Part shown: positions 25,060 to 35,363 of the stretch, piece after piece
How the letters are laid out: each line of letters begins with the position of its first letter
Position numbering within the stretch: the stretch's first letter is position 1
Assembly (NCBI GenBank): GCA_043228905.1
Contig: JBHGNT010000003.1
Location: 14,074,001 to 14,138,000 of the forward strand
Source of the DNA: Azolla caroliniana
Lineage: Eukaryota > Plantae > Polypodiophyta
Reading direction: 5' to 3'
DNA length: 64,000 nt
Notes under the pieces: generated by a model
Databases searched by the model: none
Told to the model about the DNA's origin: nothing
Seen by the model: only the letters and a program-made list of their open reading frames with translations
Program-made: the position numbers and the translations under genes

Positions 25060-25398
25060 TTTTGTCCACCGGATCGTAACCGACGGACAGAAGCGTAGAA
25101 ATATTATAATATAGTAAAGCGTTAAGAAACGAATGTAACGGTTCACGCAGGAAGCGTGAACGGCTCAAAGCCCTGTGTATATAAAGGGTAGAAATCCTTT
25201 GTAAGAGGGAGCATGTAATTTTGAGTGCAGGACGTTTTTCTAATAGAATCCTATCTTCTCTTATCTCTATGCATATCTGTGTCTATCTGCGTGACAGTCC
25301 ATTGTTACTCTGCTACGTATTGTTTAAATCGTACGTGTGTGTAAGTGTAAGTGCATATACTAGTGCACTTCATAAGGAGTTCGGTTGTAGCCGTCTCC
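25060..25398 (+). repeat. LTR family Z copy 2 (continues at 37540-37590 after the copia B insertion)
   Basis: Shares TGTAACGGTTCACGC.GGAAGCGTGAACGG, TATATAAAGGG and AAGGAGTTCGGTTGTAGCCGTCTCC with 699-1143. Confidence 0.8.
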
Positions 25399-28300
25399 TA
25401 TTGAGAGACAAGCTCAACATTCGGTGCGTAATACGCAACGTAGCCCAATGCGTAGACTAGGTGCGTGAAAAAGTATGCCCAACAGGGCCGCATCGGTGTG
25501 AAAACTGAAGAGGCCATTATAGCGTTATTCATCGTAAAGGGATAATTTTGGGAGTTTGTGTAGTCGGCTCATTTATGAGCATTCAAGTACTGGCAGTACT
25601 TGTGTCAGCCTTATTGTCAACGCTTGTATAAAAGGTGCTCACTAAGCATGGTATATGTACAGAGAGTCATTATTTTGAAATAGAATTAAGTTGTCTGCTC
25701 TCTCTCTGTCTCGCCATCTCCATCTCTGCATCTTCTGTGTTTTACCAAACTGTCTTATTCCTCCCAATTGTGTACTTTGTGTTTACGCACACTCTTCTGC
25801 ACAACGTATTCTTTCACATGGTATCAGAGCGCAAGGGTTGAAGTCCTCTGCAACCGACAGGAAAAGTTTGTGATGAAACAGAGTTGAAGTTGTTTGCTTT
25901 CGTAGAAGAAAAAGACAGTACTATGGAGAGAGGAATGGGAAGCTCACTTCCGACTGAAAAGCTTGACAGAAGCAACTACACATCTTGGTCTTACAAGATG
26001 CACCAGTTCTTGCTCGGCCATGGCTACTGGAGTTATTACAAAGGAGCAAACGATGTGGCACCCGACTCGACACACAGGGACTATCCGGCTTGGGAACAAG
26101 CGGCAAGCAGAGTGTTGTACTGCTTCGCGTCCTGTGTGAGCGACTAGCTATTGAGCTATATTCAAGATGCTAAGACGCCAAAGGACGCGTGGGCGAATCT
26201 CAAAAGGATTTTCGCCGCCAGCACAACGGCCAGGAAGCTATAGCTCAGACAGGAGCTCAGCAATGTACGACAAAGAGATATGTCGGTGGTTGATGACACC
26301 ACCAAGATCAAAGAAATCTGCGACTCTCTCGCCTCCATCAACGTGAACGTCGAGGAAGATGAAATGGTGCAGGTTTGTCTTGGTGGCCTGGCATCAAAGT
26401 TTAGATCTTTCCGAACAGCAATCTGCACGAGGGAGATTATGCCTTTGTTTTTCGAGCTTTAGTCAATGTTGCTCGTAGAAGAAAACCACGCGGGTGCATC
26501 GACGAGTGCGCACGCCGATGGAAAGATTCTCTACACGGAGGATGATAGGGCCCGTGGTCGTGGTGGACGAGCCAGATCAGCGCGCAATGGAGGCGGCCGA
26601 AAAGAGTAGAATGTAGGGCATAATCGAGATGCCGGAAGAAATTCCGAACCCTCCGCAAGAAGGGGGAGTCATGGCGGCGCCGGAAGACGGCAAGAGAAGA
26701 CCGTGCCAGATTGTTGGTACTATGGCAAGAAAGGCCACAAGGAGAGCGAGTGCAGGAAGAAACAAGCCGATTCAGACAAAGCTAGATCGAGCGGAAGAGA
26801 TGCAGGAAGGCGTCAAAAATCACACTACGCTGAGGGCTCGGAACGAGCCGGAAATGGAGTGGGCCATGCCTTCGTAATGAAGCATAAGGTCAATTATATG
26901 GCCGTGAACACCTCAAAATCGAGCGAGGTGTGGTATGTCGATTCCGGAGCGTCAAATCATATGACGAGTCACGAGGAATGGTTCTCGTACTTGGAGAAGC
27001 CGGAATCATGAGGAGTGGTTGAAACCGGCAACGACACTCTGCATACCATCAAACATGTCGGCGAAGTTCCCCTTAGCCACATCGGGCAGAAAGGGAAGCT
27101 AATGAACGTGTTGCACGTCCTGACAATAACAAAGAACCTTGTGTCGGTCGGACAGATCGTCGACCAAGGTATGCAAGTTCGATTCACGCATCTTGGCTGC
27201 TTCATGGAAGAGGAAGGCAAAGTGATCGCGCAAGGGCACCACAATGTTCGCGAAACCAATAATGTGGGCACCACAATGTTCGCGAAAGGACAGAAGGTCG
27301 AGTTGGATATCGACCTGTGGCACAAGCAGTTTAGCCACGTAAATTTCCCACGGCTTCGTGAAATGCAGACGAAGAACATCGTTTTCAGTTTGCCGAAATT
27401 TCGGGGCCGTAATGCCCAAGTCTGTGAAGCCTGCCAGATGGGAAAACAACACCGACTTTCATTCCCCAATGAGTGTAATCATAGTCAAAGTCTGCTGGAC
27501 GTGATCCATTCGGATGTGTGGCGTCCGTCACAGAACGCGAGTCTCGGTGGAAGCCGTTACTTTGTAACCTTCATTGATGACTTCACTTAGCACCCGTGGG
27601 TATGCACGATCACGAAGAAGAGCGAAGTCTTCGCATGTGTCCTAAAGGTGAAGAGCCTTGCAGAAAGGGAAACTGGGCATAAGATCAAATGCCTACGGTT
27701 TGATGGTGGGAAGGAGTACTTCTCCGACCAGTTCACAAGTTATCTACAGAAGGAGGGAATTCGACGCGAATTCTCGTGTAGATACACGTCGTAGCAGAAT
27801 GGCTTGGCCGAGCAGAAAAATCGGATGATTGAAGAAGCGGCTAGGGCAATGCTTGAAGAGAAGCATATGCTGAAATTCTATTGGGCTAAAGCCGTGAAGA
27901 AGGCTTTCTACCTGCAGAATCAGACTTCTACTAATGGAGGACTGTCGCCACATGAGCTGTATTTCGGGAAGAAGCTGAACTTGGCACACTTGAGGATTGC
28001 AAGCAGCATTGCGTATGTGCATGTGCCAAAGGAGAAAAGGGGGAAGTTTGATTGCAAGGCTGAGAAATGTATCTTGGTTGGCAATTCAGACGTGCAGAAG
28101 GGGTATAAGTGTTATAACCCCCAAACGAAGGAAGTACGCGTAAGCCGCGATGTCGTATTTGATGAGTCCACTTCGTGGTACCTGAGTTAACCTCCAATAC
28201 CTCACGATTCCATACCGAATTCTGAGGAAGAAGTCACCGAGGTTGAGATGCCTATGCATGATGAGGAAATCGGAGCTCTGAGAGAGAGTCCGATCTCATT

Positions 28301-28622
28301 TTGGCTAAGTGGGCCGAATGAGGGGTTGGGCCGAGATGACCAACCAGATGAGGAGACGGTGAGTAGTGGAGACTCGACCGTGATGTCCCCGCATAAAGAA
28401 CCGAGGAGACGGTTTACACGCAAGGAGAAGGAAAAGAAGAAGACGTCGGAATACGATTTCGGCAGTGCCGAGTCAGTTCGAAGTGAATCTGACCTCGATC
28501 CAGTCAAGAAGGAACCTCCATGGAAGAGGTCGAAATCGACCGAAAAGGTCACGAAATCGGGTAATCACGAATTATGCTTATCTACCCGCCAGAGGAACCC
28601 CGTAACGAGGTATGGGTATAAT

Positions 28623-29335
28623 TGAAAGGAATACGATTCCGTAAGCTATGCTCGGCCACAACCGAGACGTCAGATCAAGCACAGAAAATAGGGATGTGGT
28701 GAGATGTATTTACACACGAAACAATAAAGAAGAGAGTGCCCTGGATGTTAACGTGGAAACCCAAATCTGGGAAAAAACCATGGTAGCCCTCAGACTGGAA
28801 AATATCACTATATCAAGATTACAACAATGGGGCACAGAGGCAACGACCTCTTGCTCCCTTGCTTCGCCACTAGGCGGTTACAATAGAGTCAACAACCTCT
28901 TCCTCTCTCTCTCTCTTCTCTGTACGCAGTTACGCTCGGAATTATTGCCACAACGATAATAACACAACCAACTCTACATCATCATTATTAAGTTTGCCCT
29001 AGGTCATATTTATACTAATATGACTTTTAGGCTATTTACAAATATAGCCCCATTGGGCTCTCTGGAACATATTTACATATATGTCCCTTCCATCCTACGA
29101 GAGGCTCTCACCGGGCCTACAACATCCGGTTCTCACCGGGTCTTCCTTGCCGGGTACTCTTCATCCGATTCTCACCGGGTCTTCCGTTGCCGGGTACTCG
29201 TCATCCGGTTCTCATCGGGTCTTCCGTTGCCGGGTACTCTTCATCCGGATTCGGCCTTGGCCTATCGGCCTCACCTGAGTTGCTCATCAACACTGTTCTT
29301 CTCACTTCCCATCCGGAGGGACTTGTTTCCTAACA
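28623..29335 (-). mobile_element. Solo LTR (copia family related to 5246-5802)
   Basis: TG..CA ends; TSD ATAAT; CTTCCCATCCGGAGGGAC shared with the 5246-5802 LTR; about three copies of a roughly 40-bp tandem repeat at 29122-29250. Confidence 0.9.
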
Positions 29336-30205
29336 ATAATGAGTACATGGCGCACCATTACGCGTACATGACGCGAGTGGAGGAAGTGTGTGAGTCGGAG
29401 GGCTATGCAGAAGCGGCGAAAGACATGACCTGGCATGCCGCAATGGAGGAAGAGATGTGCGCATTGGCGGAAAATGAAACTTGGGACCTAGTTGACGCAC
29501 CGAAAGGTGTGAAGCCGATCGGATGCAGATGGGTGTATAAGGTGAAATACAACACCGATGCCTCTGTGAACCGCTACAAGGCCCATTTAGTAGCGAAAGG
29601 CTACGCGCAAAAGTACGGCGTGGACTATGACAAGACCTTCGCGCCTATCGCGAAGATAACTACCGTGCGAGTCCTACTAGCCGTACCCGCGGCAAAGGGG
29701 TGGCACTTACATCAAATGGATGTAAAGAACGCGTTCCTGCAAGGTGATCTTGAGGAGCAGGTATACATGGTACAACCCCCCGGATTTCTATCCGACCAAA
29801 ACACCTCGGCAGTTTGCCGATTGAAGAAGTCCTTCTACGGACTAAAGCTGTCAGGAATAGTACTAAAACAGAGATGGAATTAGTACTAAGAAGAGTAGTA
29901 CTATTAGTACTAAGAGGACGGGACTGCGTAAGATTCCCGAGAGAGAGGAAGTGAGAAGAGGAGAGAGAGAGAAATAGGATGATGACAGCAGCTCTTATAT
30001 TATATGAAAGATAAGTACAAATCGACTAAGAGGCTTAAGACTGGTGTTGAACCAATTTGGTTCAAAACAATGCCTTGTGCCTTCTTTTATAGTGTTTTTA
30101 GGAATAATCCTGAAGCTTCTAGAATGTTCCAGAGAGATCTGGAATATACATCAATTTTCTATGATAAAGCATAAATGAAAATAATATCCTACAAAATACA
30201 ATTCA

Positions 30206-30258
30206 TAGTCTAATGGTAAGAGCTCGACCCATGTAGCATAAGGTCATGGGTTCGAGTC
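30206..30258 (+). promoter_or_regulatory. tRNA-derived Pol III A/B boxes in the chromovirus LTR (also at 35439-35491)
   Basis: A box TAGTCTAATGGTA and B box GGTTCGAGTC start 43 nt apart; tRNA-like AAGGTCATGGGTTCGAGTC context. Confidence 0.65.
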
Positions 30259-30285
30259 TTGCCATATCATGACACTATCTCCCCC

Positions 30286-33200
30286 TTAAAGACGACGAGT
30301 GGAACGAGTCAGCGCTAATTGCGGACCGGGTTTGTCCGGATACTTTCGGCGGAAATCAGCAAGAAGATCTTGTGCATTGGCAACATTCTCGACGGGTTCC
30401 CAAGTACGTTCGCTCGGACTATAACCGAGCCAATCGACCAAGTAATAGAGTTTGTTGCGAACAAGTTTGGAATCGAGGATGGCAGCAACTTCATACTCCG
30501 GGCCGGCGTCCAACTCTAGTGGGGGCGGCGGTGGTGTCACACGATCGGGAATGGTGTTTGCTTTATAAGGTTCAAGAAGAGAACAATGGAAAACCGGATG
30601 TATCTGAAGCTGCGGAGGGAGATCAAGGCGGAAGGTGACATCATTAATCTTCCCCGTAATACGGAAAGGACCGAGTCGTCGATAATCCAACTTGTCGCAC
30701 GGTCGAGTAGTCTTGATGTGACGACGTAAGAGCCATACTCGATCTCCGATGGCAAAAGAGGAGGGAATCCGATGACGATCCGCATAAGTCTTCTGTGTGT
30801 GTTGAGCATGACGAAGGTGAGTAGAGAGATCCATCTGGATCTTGCGTAGCCTCTCCAAATGATCCTCGGCACGAGGGTTGGTAGGTAGCTCCGGAGTGTC
30901 GATCACCGACCAGCGAGGATGGAAACCGGTATAAGCGAAAAATGGGGAGACCCGAGTCGAGGAGTGAATAGCATTATTATACGCAAACTCCGCAAAGTGG
31001 AGAATCTCGGCCCAATCGTCCTGTTGATAACTCAGGAAACACCGGAGATATTGCTCCAGCGTTTGGTTTGTTCGTTCCGCCTGTCCGTCGGTCTGAGGAT
31101 GGTAGCCGGAGGAGAGGTTGCAGGAGACCTTGAGCATCTTGAAGAGATGCTGCCAAAATTTGGAGACAAATTGCGGGCCTCGGTCACTGATAATACTGTC
31201 TGGGAGGCCATGATGCCGAAAAACCTCACGCATAACAAGAGCGGCGGTTTCCTCGCTAGTGATGGCTTTAGTACATGGCACAAAATGTGCCATCTTCGTA
31301 TATCGATCGACGACGGTTAGGATAGCATCGAACCCTTTCGAGACCGGCAGATCTGTGATAAAATCAAGACAAATAGACTGCCATGGCTTACTTGGAATTG
31401 GTAAAGGTTCCAACAAGCCATATGGATGGTGTCGTGGCATCTTTGCTCGACAGCAAGCATCACAGGTCCGAACGTAGTCGTCGACAAAACGGCGCATGTG
31501 GGGCCACCAAAAAGATCGTTGCACTAGCTCCAACGTCTTAGTACTACCAAAATGTCCCGCCGTATGGGTGTCGTGACAATGTTGGACAATTTGAAGGCGA
31601 CAGGAGCAATCGGGGACATATACGCGCTTTTTAAAGAATAACAAACCATCATGATATTCGAATTGTCGGTAGTCAATACCTGGTTGTTGAGACTGAGAAC
31701 AGGATGCCCGAGAAGTATCAATGTGCGCCAGGATGTCTTGAGCAAAACTATCCGTCTTCAAGGTTGCACGTATGTCATCGGTAATCCGTGAATCCATCGG
31801 GGTGTGAAAAATCCGCGTCGTGTGCAATCGTGTTGGTCCCAAGATTACTTGCTTTTGATTATCAAATGTTGCGTCACCAGGACGAGGTGCAAGATATGAA
31901 CGTCGTGATAGTGCATCTGCTTTTCCTTGCTGCTTCCCCGGTCGATATGTGATTTTGAAGTCGAAACGCGTGAGGAATTGCGCCCACCGAGCTTGCCGTC
32001 GATTTAGTACGCGAGCGTTCTGAAAATAAGCAAGATTTTTATGATCGCTGAAGACAATGACCTGATGTGGAGAGCCCTCTAAGAAATGCCGCCATTGTAC
32101 AAATGAATCCACGATGGCTAATAACTCCTTGTCATGTATTTCGTAGTTGATTTCTGCGACATCGAATTTGCGCGAATGGAAAGCCACCGGATGCAACTCT
32201 TCTTTATCACCTTGTTGAGAAAGGATGCTACCGAGGGCGAAATCTGATGCGTCGGCCTCCATGATGAATGGTTTGCTTGTATCCACATGAGCTAGAATCG
32301 GTGCTGATGTAAAGGCTTTCTTAAGATGCCGAAAAGCCATATCTGCTTCAATGGACCAAAGAAATGCTTGGCCCTTCTTCGTAAGTTGTGTAAGAGGTAA
32401 AATAATCTTCGAGTAATCCTATATAAACTTACGGTAGAAGTTAGCAAAACATAGAAAACATTGTACATCTCGTACCGACCGTGGAATTTGCCACTCTAGT
32501 ACAGTTTGGATCTTAGCTGGATCCATGGCGATGCCCTTTGAGGAGATGACGTAGCCTAGAAATTCCACTTGCTTGCAGTCAAAACTACATTTTTCTAGCT
32601 TGGCATAAAGACCATTCTCGCGGAGTCGCTTTAGTACTAATAGTACATGAGAATCGTGCTCTTCCTGGGTCTTCGAATAAATCAACAGATCATCCAGATA
32701 AATGATCAAACAGATATCCAAGAGGTCTCTGAATATATCATTTGCCATGTGTTGGAAGACTGCGGGTGCATTGGTTAGGCCAAACGGCATAACAGTATAC
32801 TCGAAATGCCCATACCGCGTGCGAAAAGCGGTCTTCCACTCATCTCCCGGTCGGATCCGCACGAGATTATACGCTCCGCGTAGGTCGATTTTAGTAAAAA
32901 ACTTGGCACCATTAACTCGCTCTAAAAGACTTGATATAAGAGGAAGTGCATACCTATTCCGGATGGTGACTTTATTTAATCCGCGGTAATCAACGACAAG
33001 ACGAAGTGAGCCATCTTTCTTCTTGACAAAGAAGATGGGTGCACCGGCCGGAGATTTCGAATGACGGATGAACCCGCTTGCCAAGTTCTCCTCTATGTAG
33101 GCTCGAAGGACTTCTAACTCGGTGGGTGATAGGTTGTAAATTGGTCCCCATGGTGGCTCGGTTCCTGGTTGTAAATCGATGGGACAGTCATAGGGACGGT

Positions 33201-33858
33201 GATGAGGAAGGGTACCGGCTTTTACCTTGTCAAATACATCGGCATAAGGATGATATTTTGCCGGAAGTTGTACTGAGGAGTCCTTCTTAATAGTGCTGGA
33301 AGGATGTACTGATATGGAAAATAGGAACATTGCCTCCTTGGGTCCTTCTTCGCGTAGTTGATGGAGTGAAATGGTCGAAACTCGGCGAGTTGATTCTTGG
33401 GGTGGTCGATATCGGACTTCTCTTGGTCTCCAATCTATGGCTGGATTATGTAATTCAAGCCAAGGTAATCCTAGGACAATGGGATGCTCTGGACTACTAA
33501 TTATATTAAATGATATTATACACACAAAACTACCTAGGACAACTTGAATGGGTTCTGATTCTTCTACAATATTCCCGGAAGCAATGGGACGACCATCAAT
33601 GACCACTACAGATGCGGGACAAGGAAGTTTTCTTAAGGATATCTGAGAAGCTTGGGCAAAATTTCGATCCATGAAACAGGAATTAGCTCCGGAATCTAAA
33701 AGTGCTAGGACGGGTACTGGGGGAGTACTTTTAGTACTAACAATGACTTGGGCTAGGAACACATTGCTAACTTGCTTGGAAGGAATGGAACCACTAATGG
33801 GCTGTACAGATCTAGGGCTGCTGTCCAACCAAATGGCTCCTATTTTGGTTGGACTCAA
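30286..33858 (-). pseudogene. pol: Chromovirus Pol (PR, RT, RNase H, integrase, chromodomain) with a single in-frame TAG at 32419-32421
   Basis: LLDSGA, YLDD, EADASD, GPF, YEVAAILDS...YLVDWLGY...TWEP; ORFs 32419-33858 and 30286-32340 are in the same frame. Confidence 0.93.
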
Positions 33859-33867
33859 TCGTTTAAC
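33823..33867 (-). promoter_or_regulatory. Predicted -1 ribosomal frameshift signal, gag to pol
   Basis: G UUA AAC, 6-nt spacer, perfect 11-bp stem GTCCAACCAAA/TTTGGTTGGAC; pol is in the -1 frame. Confidence 0.8.
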
Positions 33868-35012
33868 TCTTCATCTAATTGACTAAGGATTTCAAATTTA
33901 TTTGAGATACTTGGGCTATTAGTACTATGAATACTATCTGACACTCTATTAGTACTATTACTACTATCAGACACTCCGAAGGGAAGAATTGACTCAGGTT
34001 TAGTACAGGCGACGATTTGATTTACCTGTCTTCTTGGCCTATGGGGACAATTGATGACGATATGTCCTGGTCCACCGCAATAAAGGCATAATCGATTGGC
34101 ACGTCGTCGTTGCTTTTCTTCTTCCGATAACGGGCCGCGTCGACGCATGGTATCGATCTCCATCGGTGTCGAAGTATTTGCTTGAGGTATGTCTCGTGCA
34201 AACGGTTTAGCCGCGACTGCGGCGTAAGTGGGCTCTGGCCTAGAGCGTGGTATCTGTAATTGACGTTCTGAACGCCGTTCAAAAAGGCGGTTGTCACATC
34301 GAACTGCTCGACTGATTGCCTCCGTAAGAGACTTTGGTTCTTCGGGGAAAGTTAGAAGTAGATCTTTGACATCGTTTCGCAAGCCATAGCGAAACTGCTC
34401 CATTAGTGCTTGATCATCCCAGGGTATATCTGAAGCAAGTAGGCGGAAATCCGCTGCGTAGGCAGAGGCTGGACGATCGCCTTGACGCAATCGCCGGATC
34501 TTGTTGATCTCCGTCCTGATGCTGTCGGTGTCTCCAAAGCAGGCTTTAAACTCACCAATAAAATCTTCAAAGTTATTAAGCAAGGGCGATTGTTTTTCTA
34601 GAAGCGGAGCGAACCATGCCAAGGCTGAGCCGCTAAGTAGCGTGCCTATTAGGCCGACTCGAGATGCATCAGTGGGATATCGGGAAGGATGCATCTGGAT
34701 GACTAAGCGTACCTGATTAAGGAATCCCCGAAATTGCGAACGCGTTCCATCAAATTTCACAGGAAGTCCAATCTTGGGCTCTTTATGAAATCCTTGGGGA
34801 CTGGATCCTTGTTGTTGCAGCGCTGCTTCGAGTTGTTGTACCAGTAACGCTAACTCCCCATGTTGTTGTTGCGTTTGTTGTTTTTCTAGAGCGATTTGTT
34901 GCAGATCCCCTATCAGCCGTTGGTTTTCTTGTTCCAAGGCAACAAACTTTTCTTTTAGGCACTGTAGCTCGGAGAAAACGGATTGGTATTCTTGGGCGCT
35001 AACAGTAGCCAT
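33855..35012 (-). CDS. gag: Chromovirus Gag (coiled coil, capsid, zinc knuckle)
   Basis: Intact 385 aa; PVKFDG, LSGSALAWF, LRQG...AYAADF, QFRYGL, CLYCGGPGHIVINC. Confidence 0.93.
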   Translation of the reverse strand: MATVSAQEYQSVFSELQCLKEKFVALEQENQRLIGDLQQIALEKQQTQQQHGELALLVQQLEAALQQQGSSPQGFHKEPKIGLPVKFDGTRSQFRGFLNQVRLVIQMHPSRYPTDASRVGLIGTLLSGSALAWFAPLLEKQSPLLNNFEDFIGEFKACFGDTDSIRTEINKIRRLRQGDRPASAYAADFRLLASDIPWDDQALMEQFRYGLRNDVKDLLLTFPEEPKSLTEAISRAVRCDNRLFERRSERQLQIPRSRPEPTYAAVAAKPFARDIPQANTSTPMEIDTMRRRGPLSEEEKQRRRANRLCLYCGGPGHIVINCPHRPRRQVNQIVACTKPESILPFGVSDSSNSTNRVSDSIHSTNSPSISNKFEILSQLDEELND

Positions 35013-35343
35013 AGTATAGGGGAAAGGGTAGGAGGATGAGGGAGAGTGACAAGTAGGCTAGAGGAAAAAATTGGTTCAAACTGTCAGGAATAGTACTAAA
35101 ACAGAGATGGAATTAGTACTAAGAAGAGTAGTACTATTAGTACTAAGAGGACGAGACTGCGTAAGATTCCCGAGAGAGAGGAAGTGAGAAGAGGAGAGAG
35201 AGAGAAATAGGATGATGACAGCAGCTCTTATATTATATGAAAGATAAGTACAAATCGACTAAGAGGCTTAAGACTGGTGTTGAACAAATTTGGTTCAAAA
35301 CAATGCCTTGTGCCTTCTTTTATAGTGTTTTTAGGAATAATCC

Positions 35344-35363
35344 TGAAGCTTCTAGAATGTTCC
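35344..35363. promoter_or_regulatory. Heat-shock element in the chromovirus 5' LTR (also at 30111-30130)
   Basis: tGAAgcTTCtaGAAtgTTCc: four perfect alternating nGAAn units about 20-40 bp upstream of the minus-strand TATAAAAG. Confidence 0.8.

Noticed and set aside
29020-29883. 287-aa ORF as a distinct gene
   Set aside because: Chance read-through from a solo LTR into copia RT, ending in the chromovirus LTR.
30200-30270. Functional tRNA gene
   Set aside because: A and B boxes are present, but I could not form acceptor or anticodon stems; it is part of both LTRs.
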